DNA from: Candidatus Algichlamydia australiensis
GTDB taxonomy: Bacteria; Chlamydiota; Chlamydiia; Chlamydiales; JAJFMI01
DNA: 64,000 nucleotides
Direction: 5' to 3'
Assembly (NCBI GenBank): GCA_033977065.1
Contig: JAXCHI010000003.1
Location: forward strand, 448,001 to 512,000
Part shown: positions 19,243-28,297 of the stretch, piece by piece
Numbering within the stretch: the first letter of the stretch is position 1
Layout of the letters: each line of letters starts with the position of its first letter
Program-made: the position numbers and the translations under genes
Notes under the pieces: generated by a model
What the model was told of the DNA's origin: nothing
The model's input: only the letters and a program-made list of their open reading frames with translations
Databases searched by the model: none

Positions 19243-21886
19243 CTGAAATATCTACACTTAAAGGAACTTTCAGCTTAATAATCCCCTCCATAGTGGGTTT
19301 AACCACCTTCTCCAGGGAGGAGAGCTCGGAGTCGGGCACTTCAAAAATGAGCTCATCGTGAATTTGGAGGATCATCATCTCCTCCTCTTTTATTTTTTGA
19401 TCGATTTCAATCATTGCCATTTTAATGATATCGGCTTGTGTTCCCTGGAAGGGAGTATTGACCGCGAGACGTTCTGCTTGAGAGCGGATCATCGGGTTGC
19501 GGTTGTCGATGTCAGGCAGGGGACGCTGGCGGCCAGTCATGGTGGTGGCCATCTTTGTAGCGCGTGCCTCTTCTTTGCAGTGTTCCAGAAAGTCGCGGAC
19601 TTTTGGATATCGATCAAAATATTTCTTTATAAAATCGGAGGCCTCTTTGTGAGAAATATCTAATTCTTGGGAGAGGCCGAAGGCGCCCTGTCCATAAATT
19701 AAGCCAAAGTTCACAGCCTTTGCTCGATAGCGCATTTCGCGTGTTACTTGATCAAGAGGTCTGTCAAAAACGCGTGAGGCGGTGAAAGCGTGAATGTCTT
19801 CGCCTTCGTTAAATGCTTTTACAAGAGCGGGATCTTCGCTTAAGTGGGCCAAAATGCGCAACTCGATTTGCGAGTAGTCGGCAGCTAAAAAACTTGAAGA
19901 GGATTTTTCAGGGTGAAACGCTTCACGAATTTTTCTTCCCTCGCTTGAGCGGATCGGAATATTTTGCAGGTTGGGATCTGTGCAAGAGAGTCTTCCTGTT
20001 GCGGCAACTGACTGATTGAAACTGCAGTGGATCCGCCCTGTTTTTTCGTTGATCTGTTTGGGAAGGGAGTCAACGTAAGTGGAGCGCAACTTTTCTAAGC
20101 CTCGGTACTCTAAGATTTTTTCTGCGATGGGGTATTCGTGTGCGAGGGCTTTTAAAATTTCTGCTCCTGTCCCTACTGAGGTACCGCGCTTTTTTGGAGG
20201 GCGCTTGACTTCAAGCTTGGTGTAAAGAATGTGGCTTAGCTGCTTGGGGGAGTTAATGTTAAACTCTTCATTTGCCAGATTATAAATCTCTTTTTGCAGA
20301 CGACCTACCATCTCAACAAGCTCTTTTGATTTGACTTTGAGCTTTTCTGCATCGAGATAGATACCATTGCGCTCCATCTTTGCTAAGATTTTGATTAATG
20401 GTATTTCAATCTCATAGAGAATTTTTTTCAGCTTGCGGTGCGCAACTTCTTCTTCAAAAAGCTCTTTAAGACGGCAAGTAAAGTCCACATCTTCGCAGCA
20501 ATAATCCGATACTTCTTTAATCGGAACGTCAAGCATCGATTTTGCTTTTTTTCCTGTACCAAGAAGGCTTTTAATTGAGGTTTTGACTTTACCAAAGTGG
20601 TGCAATGAGAGGTGGTCAAGTCCGTGGCGATTCACTTGTGGGGCCAAAACATAAGAAGCGAGCATTGTATCAAAGCAAATTTTTTCAATTTCAATGCCTT
20701 CATTGAGTAAAACGTGATAATCATACTTTAAATTGTGACCATAAAAGCTACATTTGGAAAAAAGAGGCCTGAGTTTTTTTAACACAAGTTCTTTGTCCAA
20801 TTTCCCATTGACAGGGACGTAGTAAGCCTCTTTTGGTTTTACGGCAAAACCAACGCCTACAAGTTCTGCTTCTAAAGGGCGAAGCTTTGTTGTCTCTACA
20901 TCAACACAAATCTCTTGTTCTTTAGAGAGATTTTCAACAAGAATGTCTAGCTCTTTTTCGCTCTCTATCAAGTGATAAGAGGTTTTTTCTGTTGCTTCTT
21001 TTTTGTCGGAGCTCTCTGTCTCTATCCCTTGGGTGTCCGCTTTCATTTCGCGAAGCAGGGAGGAAAAACGCATCTCTTCGTAAAGAGCGGTCAACTCACC
21101 GATCTTTGGCTGAAAGCGTTCGTACTCACTCTCACTTGTAGGAATTTCTAAATTAAGGTGAAGAGTAGCGAGCTCTTGGCTGAGATACGCCTCTTTTTTA
21201 TACGTAATTAAATTTTCACCGCGCTTCCCAGAGACCTCATCAGCATGTTCATAAATTCCTTCCAAAGTGCCGTATTTATTCAAAAGATCTGCAGCAGCTT
21301 TAGGACCAAGGCCTTGAATTCCGGGGATATTATCAGACTTGTCTCCCACAATCGCAAGATAGTCGATAATTTGACTTGGCGTAACATCGTAGAGCTCTTT
21401 GACTTTTTTCTCATCAATGATGAGATTGCCCTTGTAGGTATTGAGCAATACGATATTTTCATTTACAAGCTGGCAAAGATCTTTATCACTGGAGCAGACA
21501 TAGCTTTTGGCCCCTTTTCTTTCTGCCCACTTAGCTACACAACCGATCACATCATCTGCTTCGACACCAGGAAGAGAGAGGGTGGGAATTCCTGCAAGCT
21601 TGCACCACTCAATTGCCCAATCAAGTTGAGGAATGAGATCTTCTGGCATACCGACGCGGTGCGCCTTATAGTGTTCATAGACGGCAACGCGCGCTTTTTT
21701 GTTTTCTGGGCCATCAAAAACAGCTACAAAATGAGCAGGAGAAAAGTCCTTAAAGAGTTTTTGAACCGTACGGATAAAACCGTAAAGGGCGTTTGTTGAT
21801 TCGCCCTTTGGATTCGTCATCTTCCCAATCGCAAAATAGGAGCGAAAGAGAGTATGAACCGCATCGAGAATATAGATATTTTTCAT
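19217..21886 (-). CDS. polA: DNA polymerase I
   Basis: 5'-3' exonuclease (EADD), TGRLSCTDPNLQNIP, DYSQIELR, QIHDEL. Confidence 0.99.
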   Translation of the reverse strand: MKNIYILDAVHTLFRSYFAIGKMTNPKGESTNALYGFIRTVQKLFKDFSPAHFVAVFDGPENKKARVAVYEHYKAHRVGMPEDLIPQLDWAIEWCKLAGIPTLSLPGVEADDVIGCVAKWAERKGAKSYVCSSDKDLCQLVNENIVLLNTYKGNLIIDEKKVKELYDVTPSQIIDYLAIVGDKSDNIPGIQGLGPKAAADLLNKYGTLEGIYEHADEVSGKRGENLITYKKEAYLSQELATLHLNLEIPTSESEYERFQPKIGELTALYEEMRFSSLLREMKADTQGIETESSDKKEATEKTSYHLIESEKELDILVENLSKEQEICVDVETTKLRPLEAELVGVGFAVKPKEAYYVPVNGKLDKELVLKKLRPLFSKCSFYGHNLKYDYHVLLNEGIEIEKICFDTMLASYVLAPQVNRHGLDHLSLHHFGKVKTSIKSLLGTGKKAKSMLDVPIKEVSDYCCEDVDFTCRLKELFEEEVAHRKLKKILYEIEIPLIKILAKMERNGIYLDAEKLKVKSKELVEMVGRLQKEIYNLANEEFNINSPKQLSHILYTKLEVKRPPKKRGTSVGTGAEILKALAHEYPIAEKILEYRGLEKLRSTYVDSLPKQINEKTGRIHCSFNQSVAATGRLSCTDPNLQNIPIRSSEGRKIREAFHPEKSSSSFLAADYSQIELRILAHLSEDPALVKAFNEGEDIHAFTASRVFDRPLDQVTREMRYRAKAVNFGLIYGQGAFGLSQELDISHKEASDFIKKYFDRYPKVRDFLEHCKEEARATKMATTMTGRQRPLPDIDNRNPMIRSQAERLAVNTPFQGTQADIIKMAMIEIDQKIKEEEMMILQIHDELIFEVPDSELSSLEKVVKPTMEGIIKLKVPLSVDISVGKNWGEC

Positions 21887-22899
21887 CGTCTCATAGGATA
21901 TTCAGCACGTGGCGTGCTATCTGCTTGCAGCAGGCTCTTCATCTGCTGGAACAAGGAGGCAGATGTGTGAATAAAATCTTGAAAAATGGGGCGATCTGGG
22001 ACGAGTTGAATCACTTGGTAAGAGCCCTCAATTTTCGCCTCTTTTGTCAACTCGCTCATCGCACCTTCATAGCTACTATCTGCAACATCAATGTAGCCAT
22101 ATTTTTGAGCTGTTGGAGCGTCGTAAATGCGCGCACCATACTCATTTTTCAATTCACTCTCAGTGATGCGGGGTCGTGATTTGGCAACAATAGCAACAAA
22201 TCGATCATAGAGATAAGTGATGAGGGGGTCAAGGGAAGCTGTTTCGTCAGGGCTCCACTTCTCATACGAGGATAGTACAACTTTATCCTTTCCTCGTGTT
22301 AGCGTTTTTTCTTTAACTCCATATTTTTCCATTAGGTCGTAGAAGTTAAAGTTAGGCCCCATTAGAACACCAACCGAGCCAATGATACTAGTAGGTGTAG
22401 AGAAAATTTTGTCTGCCCCACACGCAGAGTACATCGCACCAGATGCGCATAATCCATCAACAAAAGCGTAAACCGGAACTTGGTATTGCTCTTTGTAAGC
22501 CATAATGTGGCGATAGATATCATCAGATTGTGTGGCATCCCCACCAGGAGAGTTAATGTGAAGGAAGACCGCCTTCACGCGTCCTTTTTTTACAGAAAAG
22601 CCTTGTGAATCTAATAGCTGGCGTTTGATGTTTTTGGCTGTAGTGCTTTGCATACCAATTGCGCCATTGATGTTGACACGCAAAACTACGGGAACAGAGC
22701 TTGCAAGAGCCATGCGATTGCCCTCTGCATCAGGGGCGATGTGCACGCGTGTATTCTCGACAACTGCTTGTGAACTATTGAACATTCCGTAGAGAATGAG
22801 CAAAATAAATACCGCAATTGCTAAGCCGAAAGTTCCGAGGCAGACGCGAAAAAAAGCGCGCAGGCCAGACATAAAGATTGATTCACGTTGTATTTCCAT
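21883..22899 (-). CDS. S49 family peptidase (SppA/SohB-like)
   Basis: N-terminal TM, INSPGG, CASGAMY, GSVGV. Confidence 0.9.
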   Translation of the reverse strand: MEIQRESIFMSGLRAFFRVCLGTFGLAIAVFILLILYGMFNSSQAVVENTRVHIAPDAEGNRMALASSVPVVLRVNINGAIGMQSTTAKNIKRQLLDSQGFSVKKGRVKAVFLHINSPGGDATQSDDIYRHIMAYKEQYQVPVYAFVDGLCASGAMYSACGADKIFSTPTSIIGSVGVLMGPNFNFYDLMEKYGVKEKTLTRGKDKVVLSSYEKWSPDETASLDPLITYLYDRFVAIVAKSRPRITESELKNEYGARIYDAPTAQKYGYIDVADSSYEGAMSELTKEAKIEGSYQVIQLVPDRPIFQDFIHTSASLFQQMKSLLQADSTPRAEYPMRR

Positions 22900-23089
22900 A
22901 AACAATCATCCTACTCCTGGTTGGGGAGCTTAGTCAACAGATAAATAATAGATAGTCGAGGCTTTGACGTTAAAAAGAATAAAAAAATTTTCTGCCACAG
23001 ATTACTCGCCTCTGTTTTTTCAATTGACTGTTAAGTTTTTAAGTGAAAAATGGGTGTCACCAAGTAAATCTTAAATTTAGGAGTCTAAG

Positions 23090-23224
23090 ATGAAATTGAT
23101 TACTTTAAGCCTCGCTCTGTTTTGTGTGTGCGCAGGATTTTTGAGTGCTACGTATGCGAAAATTTGTCCAGAGGCAATCAGCACAGACTGCCCGTTTGGT
23201 AAAGGAAATAAAGGAAAAAAGTAG
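23090..23224 (+). CDS. Unannotated 44-aa secreted peptide with two Cys in the predicted mature part
   Basis: AGGAG SD 6 nt before ATG; MKLITLSLALFCVCAGFLSATYAKICPEAISTDCPFGKGNKGKK; hairpin downstream. Confidence 0.65.
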   Translation: MKLITLSLALFCVCAGFLSATYAKICPEAISTDCPFGKGNKGKK

Positions 23225-23240
23225 ATGGTTTTTTGCTCTC

Positions 23241-23265
23241 AGGACTCTCTTTTAAAGAGAGTCCT
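23241..23265. terminator. Hairpin between convergent genes
   Basis: aggactctcttt-t-aaagagagtcct perfect 12-bp arms. Confidence 0.6.
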
Positions 23266-23325
23266 CGGTTTGATTTCAAAAAGTTTTGCAGTCTCCTAGC
23301 CAATAGAAGACGGATTGCTACTTTT

Positions 23326-23746
23326 TCAGGTGTATGATTTTATTATACGTCTGAAGTTTATAACAGAGGGAAAAAGAGGCTCTGGCAAATTATCAAGATC
23401 AAACCACTCCCATGCTTCGCATTTGTGTGGCTCCATTACTTGAGGTGTACCAGTAAAACTTTCTACAATCATATGAATCGTGATGTAGTGCTTTTCCTCT
23501 TTTGCGAAGATCTCTGTTGTCCAGGGGCCGGGCTTTACTTTTTGCCGTAAGACCTGTCTCTTCTAAGAGTTCGCGCACTGCGCACTCTTCTGGCGTTTCG
23601 CCAAATTCAAGGTGCCCTCCCGGTGGAGCGTAGGCACCTGTTCCGTGGGCATTGATGCGCTTTCCAAGAAGAATTTTTCCTTTTTGTATTACATGAACAC
23701 CAATATCAACCAGTGGCTTTTTTGAAATTGTTGTTGCTTCTCTCAT
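23326..23746 (-). pseudogene. NUDIX hydrolase (NUDT15-like), frameshifted
   Basis: [29 protein letters not shown] box; continuation VKPGPW...[21 protein letters not shown] is in another frame; total length 3n+1. Confidence 0.8.
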
Positions 23747-24201
23747 TTTAAAGGAATCTTTTTGTTTTTATGTTTTTGTTTCACTATTTGATAACTTTCA
23801 GAAATTAAATGTGCTATTTGTGAGAATGATTTTTCTGAAGGATTGCAGATGGAGACCCAACACATCCAGCCGTAAACGGGATGGGGTGTTAATTGATTAA
23901 GTGAAGTAAAGTCGTAAGGTCCTTCGATAACTCCTCCTTTTGAAGGGCGTTTGGGGATAACTTCAAACAGCTCCAAAAAAGTAGGTTTTGAAATTCCAAA
24001 ATTTAATCGAAAAACGCCTTGTCGATCTAGGCTTGAAGCCTTGTCATTTTGCCCATCCTTCTCTTTGATGGTGCAAAAATAGGTGCCTCTTGGGCTTAGG
24101 TTATTTGGGTTATAAAAAAAGCTTGTTTCGCCCCAGGAATCAATCACTCGCAAATCATCAAACGTTTTTAATAAGTAGCAGGAAATAGCATTTGGGTTCA
24201 T
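23743..24201 (-). CDS. DUF6194-like protein
   Basis: [39 protein letters not shown]. Confidence 0.75.
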   Translation of the reverse strand: MNPNAISCYLLKTFDDLRVIDSWGETSFFYNPNNLSPRGTYFCTIKEKDGQNDKASSLDRQGVFRLNFGISKPTFLELFEVIPKRPSKGGVIEGPYDFTSLNQLTPHPVYGWMCWVSICNPSEKSFSQIAHLISESYQIVKQKHKNKKIPLK

Positions 24202-24293
24202 CAGTTTATTACTTTAGCATTTGAATCTAGAGAGATCAACTTCTTGATTTAGAAAAAAAGACAGGATATAGTTTGTTTTCTTAAAAGGTGTTT

Positions 24294-25163
24294 ATGAAAA
24301 AACTTGTTTTGTTTCTAATTTTAGTATTTTCATTAAAAGCAGAGGAAAACAAAATTATTTATCTTTTGTCTCCTCCTCGCTCTTGCTCAACTCTTTTTAT
24401 GAGGATAATTGCAAATCATGAGAGGATGGCAGTTTTTAACGAACCATCTCAGCGCTCTTACGTAAGGGTGCATCACCCGGAAGTAGAGCACTGGTGGCGA
24501 GAAGATGGCCCCAAAACTCACAAGGAGATGCAAAAGCTCCTCTATGAGCAGAGAAAAGAATCAAACGTATTTGTGAAGGAAATGAACTTTGCTGTTTATG
24601 ATTTGCTTCCAAATGAGCTGGAGTTCCTCCAAGATCCTAACGTCCATTTTGTTTTTTTAGTTCGCAATCCCCATGCCGTTGCAATTTCTATCTATAAAAA
24701 ATTAGAAAGTGTCTGGGATGATATGGATGATATCATGGGCATGAAGCAGTTATATGAGACATTTCAGCTTGCTAGAAGAGAGTCAGCAAATCCAGTAAGA
24801 GTTATTTTCAGTGAGCAAATTTATGAAAACCCAGAGAGAACAGTAAAGACTTTTTGCGACTGCTATAATTTTCCATTTAAAGAGAGTTTGCTGGAGTGGC
24901 ATCCTTATCCTGATGATTTTACTGGGGTAGAAGAGTGGCATGAATTTAAACGTTCTGATCAATTGTTTCACTGGCATGGAAATGCGATTCGTAGTAGCGG
25001 GATTGGTCGCCCCCAAGAGTATGAGCTAGACGAGTTGGGAAGACCCACATTTAATGAAATTAAAAATGAGTCTGACCGCGAAAAAACACGAGCCGTTTAT
25101 GAGAGGCAGCTTATTTGGTACAAAAAGTTTGTCAATAAAACTGGTCCATATTTAATCAAATAG
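24294..25163 (+). CDS. Secreted sulfotransferase-like protein
   Basis: Signal peptide; SPPRSCSTLFMR PAPS-binding loop, FNEP, FLVRNP. Confidence 0.75.
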   Translation: MKKLVLFLILVFSLKAEENKIIYLLSPPRSCSTLFMRIIANHERMAVFNEPSQRSYVRVHHPEVEHWWREDGPKTHKEMQKLLYEQRKESNVFVKEMNFAVYDLLPNELEFLQDPNVHFVFLVRNPHAVAISIYKKLESVWDDMDDIMGMKQLYETFQLARRESANPVRVIFSEQIYENPERTVKTFCDCYNFPFKESLLEWHPYPDDFTGVEEWHEFKRSDQLFHWHGNAIRSSGIGRPQEYELDELGRPTFNEIKNESDREKTRAVYERQLIWYKKFVNKTGPYLIK

Positions 25164-25225
25164 TCACAAACGAATATAGACTTGGAGCGTTTTGGCAAAG
25201 CTTTGCCAGGAATACGAACAGTTTT

Positions 25226-25256
25226 TTCAGTTGTACGATTAAATCGTACAACTGAA
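25226..25256. repeat. Palindrome P2, variant copy just after the Bro-N stop codon
   Basis: ttcagttgtacgatt-a-aatcgtacaactgaa, perfect 15-bp arms. Confidence 0.9.
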
Positions 25257-25257
25257 T

Positions 25258-26091
25258 TCATTCTATCTTAGGGCCATCAATAAAATTTGACGAGCTTAGT
25301 ACTTTTTTCCCGCTCTCCTTTTCGAGTTCATGTCGCGCATTTCCAGCAATTGTTCCGCCTGCTATAGCTGCTTCTCTGTTCTCTTCGAACCCTTGGGCAT
25401 CACGTTGAACGGATATTTCTGAAGTTGATGCTTCACCCAACATGGTAAAAATCAGCTCGAGATCTGTCATATGATCTCTTAAGTTTTCTCTTTTTAGGTT
25501 TTTAATTTTTTTATGTTCAGATGGTTTTACTCCAAAAGTTGCTTCAGAAATTTCAGCAGTAAGAATAGCATATTCTTTCTGCTTTTTTACACCTCTCTTT
25601 TCCCATTCCCCAGTAAGTTGCTCGCGAGTGGCAATCCCTCGCATCCTTCTTTCAATCCATTCATCGGGGTAGCCCTTTGCTTTGTAAAGTGCTCGCGTGC
25701 GCTTCGTTGCAAGCTCTGGATTTTCAATTTCTTTGATTCTTTCAAAGCCGACTCTTGCAAGCCATCGTTTTAGAGGTTCAGCTTTAGGCGATGGAATAGA
25801 TTGAATAATCCTAAAAAGCGTTTCTGTGTTGGCGGTATCGGTAGCCCTCATTCGTCCATCCGATGCTACTAATTTCAACCGTACGATTTTATCGTACGGT
25901 TGGATAAACCCTTCATCTTCAGTAAGTTTCTTCTTCAAGTCAGACCAATATCTTTTAGGGGTTAAGCTATCTGTTAATGTTTCAATGACATCAACGATAG
26001 AAAAATACCACTCGTCGTTGTAGATGATTTTTCGAATCCGTTTGCCCCGAAAAACTGCAATTTTGCCTGATTTTTGAATCTCTTGAATCAT
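25258..26091 (-). CDS. Bro-N domain protein (phage antirepressor-like)
   Basis: EWYFSIVDVI, YWSDLK, DGRMRATD, RIIQSIPSPKAEP, NLRDHMTDLEL; GGAG SD before ATG 26091. Confidence 0.88.
   Translation of the reverse strand: MIQEIQKSGKIAVFRGKRIRKIIYNDEWYFSIVDVIETLTDSLTPKRYWSDLKKKLTEDEGFIQPYDKIVRLKLVASDGRMRATDTANTETLFRIIQSIPSPKAEPLKRWLARVGFERIKEIENPELATKRTRALYKAKGYPDEWIERRMRGIATREQLTGEWEKRGVKKQKEYAILTAEISEATFGVKPSEHKKIKNLKRENLRDHMTDLELIFTMLGEASTSEISVQRDAQGFEENREAAIAGGTIAGNARHELEKESGKKVLSSSNFIDGPKIE
25876..25902. repeat. Palindrome P1 inside the Bro-N CDS (encodes QPYDKIVRL)
   Basis: caaccgtacgat-ttt-atcgtacggttg, perfect 12-bp arms. Confidence 0.95.
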
Positions 26092-26124
26092 ATTTTTCTC
26101 CAAAAGCGACTAAGGTTCAAAAAA

Positions 26125-26153
26125 AGGATAACTGTTAAGTTTGTTTTTTTCAA
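26125..26153 (-). promoter_or_regulatory. Predicted sigma66 promoter of the Bro-N gene; -35 box overlapped by palindrome P1
   Basis: TTGAAA-N17-TATCCT on the minus strand. Confidence 0.55.
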
Positions 26154-26180
26154 CCGTACGATTTTATCGTACGGTTGAAA
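26148..26180. repeat. Palindrome P1, exact copy upstream of the Bro-N gene
   Basis: 26148-26177 identical to 25873-25902 (30 bp); arms extend to 15 bp. Confidence 0.95.
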
Positions 26181-26181
26181 T

Positions 26182-27126
26182 TTACAAGCGGATGTAGACT
26201 TGTGCGCCTTTTGCGGGGCGCTCGTTTTGATGGTCCCAGTGGGGTGTTTTGGCAAAGTCTTGCCAGATGCGTGGGTAGTCCTTGCGGCCGTAAAGGCGAT
26301 CAAGCGCTTGTTTGGGCTGCGCTGGGATCCAGATGCGGGTTGGGCCAAAAGCGCACCGTTTGCGATTTTGAATTTGAGAAGCTGCGTAGGTGTCATTAGG
26401 ATAATCGCGGCGAAAAAAAGGAGAGCGATGGTAGTAAGTCTCTTCCTCTTTTCTAAAAAAGAAAATATCAATGAAGGGAAAGGTCCACTCGCTTCCCATT
26501 TTTTTTCCATTTAGCGGTGAGAGTTTATAAAAGTCACCTTCATCGAGGTAGTGCAGGGCAATGCCCTGGCCAAGTAGCTCTTTTTTTAAAGAGAGAAGGG
26601 TGGTCTCATCTTGCTCAAGCATGTAGATATCGAGGTCATCATCCCAGGGGATGAGGCCTTTGTGGCGCACGGCTCCAAGCAGAGTGCCACCGCCTGCCCA
26701 GTAGGTAAGATCGTATTTAGTAAAAAGTTTGTCGACTTTTGCCATGAAATTATAGAGTTGTTTGGCAGTTTCTTTTGGGAGTGGAGGAATGTCGTGAATG
26801 GTTTTGGGAAGTTTTGCACACGCTTTTTTGATACGATGTGCAGAGATTTTTTTTGGCGCGTAGTGTTTGTATCCTGTGCGATTGGCGAGGCTGCCTAATT
26901 CTTTTTTTGTGAAAGAGCTGTTGTCAAGGATCACAATGGGAGTGAGGTTGTGGTAATGGTCAAGTGCTTCGATTTCTCTTTGAATTTGCTTTAGAGTTTT
27001 GCCCTTGGGGTTAAGAAGTGTGGCGTCTGTCTGTTTAGCCAATTTTTTGGCGTGGGCGGGAGCGTTAATGAGTAGGCGCGCTTGGAGCTGGGCGAGCAGG
27101 AGTAGGAGAGGTAGGTACTTCAGCAT
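26182..27126 (-). CDS. LicD family nucleotidyl/phosphocholine transferase
   Basis: GGTLLGAVRHKGLIPWDDDLD, PFIDIF; N-terminal signal peptide. Confidence 0.88.
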   Translation of the reverse strand: MLKYLPLLLLLAQLQARLLINAPAHAKKLAKQTDATLLNPKGKTLKQIQREIEALDHYHNLTPIVILDNSSFTKKELGSLANRTGYKHYAPKKISAHRIKKACAKLPKTIHDIPPLPKETAKQLYNFMAKVDKLFTKYDLTYWAGGGTLLGAVRHKGLIPWDDDLDIYMLEQDETTLLSLKKELLGQGIALHYLDEGDFYKLSPLNGKKMGSEWTFPFIDIFFFRKEEETYYHRSPFFRRDYPNDTYAASQIQNRKRCAFGPTRIWIPAQPKQALDRLYGRKDYPRIWQDFAKTPHWDHQNERPAKGAQVYIRL

Positions 27127-28297
27127 GGTTAATTTCTTGGTCTACTATAGCTGTTACGCAACTATCTGACCAGACGTTAAGAGAGGTTTCTACCATGTCG
27201 AATATTGAATAGAGAGGAAGGATAAGCCCCATCATGCCAAGTGGTACGTTCAAGCCAACAAGAAGTGCAGAAGTGAGAAAGAAGCAGCCCATTGGAACGC
27301 CTGCATTTCCGACAGCAGCCAGGGAAGAGACGAAGACCCAAAGAAGTAGCATGGGAACAGAAAAGGTCAAACCGTTGCTGATGGCAACAAAGAGTGAGGT
27401 GATCAAGATGAAGGCAGCGCAACCATTCATGTTGATAACAGAGCATAGGGGAAAGGAGAATCCGGCAACTTTGCTATCGATTTTTGCCCGATTCTCGGCA
27501 CACTCTAAGGCAATAGGAAGTGTCGCGCTTGAGGATTTTGAGAAGAAGGCTGCGGTCAAAGCGGGTAGCATGCTCTTTCCAAGCCGAAGAGGGCTGATTC
27601 CTTTTGCTGTAAGAATCAGGGGTAGAACGACAAATCCTTGAATGATATTTGCACCAATGACACAGAGAGCATAGAGAAGTAAGTTGCGGATACTTCCCTG
27701 ATTTTCACGAAGCGAGTGCATTAAAATTTCAGAAAAGGCAAAGATTGCAATGGGCAATAGCTTGATTGCCCATGAAGTCATTTTTACAAAAGCGGCAAAG
27801 AGCTCTTGGCAAGCTGTGCTAATTACACCCTTTTTGTTGGTTTTTAGTGCGGCAAGGCTGAAAACAACAGCCATTGCCACAATAGCAATAACATTTTGAT
27901 TGAGGAATGCGGAGAAGGGATTTTCTGGAATAAGGTTGAGGAAGAGGGTGTAGACGCTCTTGTTTTGTTCTACTGTTGGGGAGGCTCCAAGAGGGGCGTG
28001 TGCTGGTCTAATAGTAAGAAATAGGATCAGACCAACTACAGCCGCAAGAAAAGTAGTAAAGAGGGTATATTTGGTAACTTTTTTAAACAGAATTTTTAAC
28101 TTGTCGAGCGTTTCGACATTGAGTAGGGTCGCGGTGATAGAGAGGAAAATAAGAGGCATGCTTAAAAGTTTAAGTATGCGCAGAAAAGCATCACTGATGA
28201 AGATAGATGCTTCATGAATTTGTGGCAGAGCAAAATAGCCTGCAATAAGACCGAGTAACAGGGAGACAGGTGTGGAGAAGATTCTTTTAAAGAGCAT
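27065..28297 (-). CDS. Dicarboxylate/amino acid:cation symporter (DAACS)
   Basis: SKSSSATLP, INMNG, GNAGVP, DMVETSLNVWSD. Confidence 0.92.
   Translation of the reverse strand: MLFKRIFSTPVSLLLGLIAGYFALPQIHEASIFISDAFLRILKLLSMPLIFLSITATLLNVETLDKLKILFKKVTKYTLFTTFLAAVVGLILFLTIRPAHAPLGASPTVEQNKSVYTLFLNLIPENPFSAFLNQNVIAIVAMAVVFSLAALKTNKKGVISTACQELFAAFVKMTSWAIKLLPIAIFAFSEILMHSLRENQGSIRNLLLYALCVIGANIIQGFVVLPLILTAKGISPLRLGKSMLPALTAAFFSKSSSATLPIALECAENRAKIDSKVAGFSFPLCSVINMNGCAAFILITSLFVAISNGLTFSVPMLLLWVFVSSLAAVGNAGVPMGCFFLTSALLVGLNVPLGMMGLILPLYSIFDMVETSLNVWSDSCVTAIVDQEINHAEVPTSPTPARPAPSAPTH

Noticed and set aside
25226..26180. Bro-N palindromes as a CRISPR array or as simple intrinsic terminators
   Set aside because: Spacing (about 650 and 275 bp) is far too long and no cas genes are present; neither outer hairpin is followed by a U tract on the gene strand.
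26088..26510. 140-aa minus-strand ORF containing QPYDKIVRLK
   Set aside because: Alternative frame of licD; the peptide match is only the upstream palindrome copy being read.
23000..27126. Prophage around the Bro-N gene
   Set aside because: No integrase, structural or replication genes; neighbours are metabolic accessory genes.
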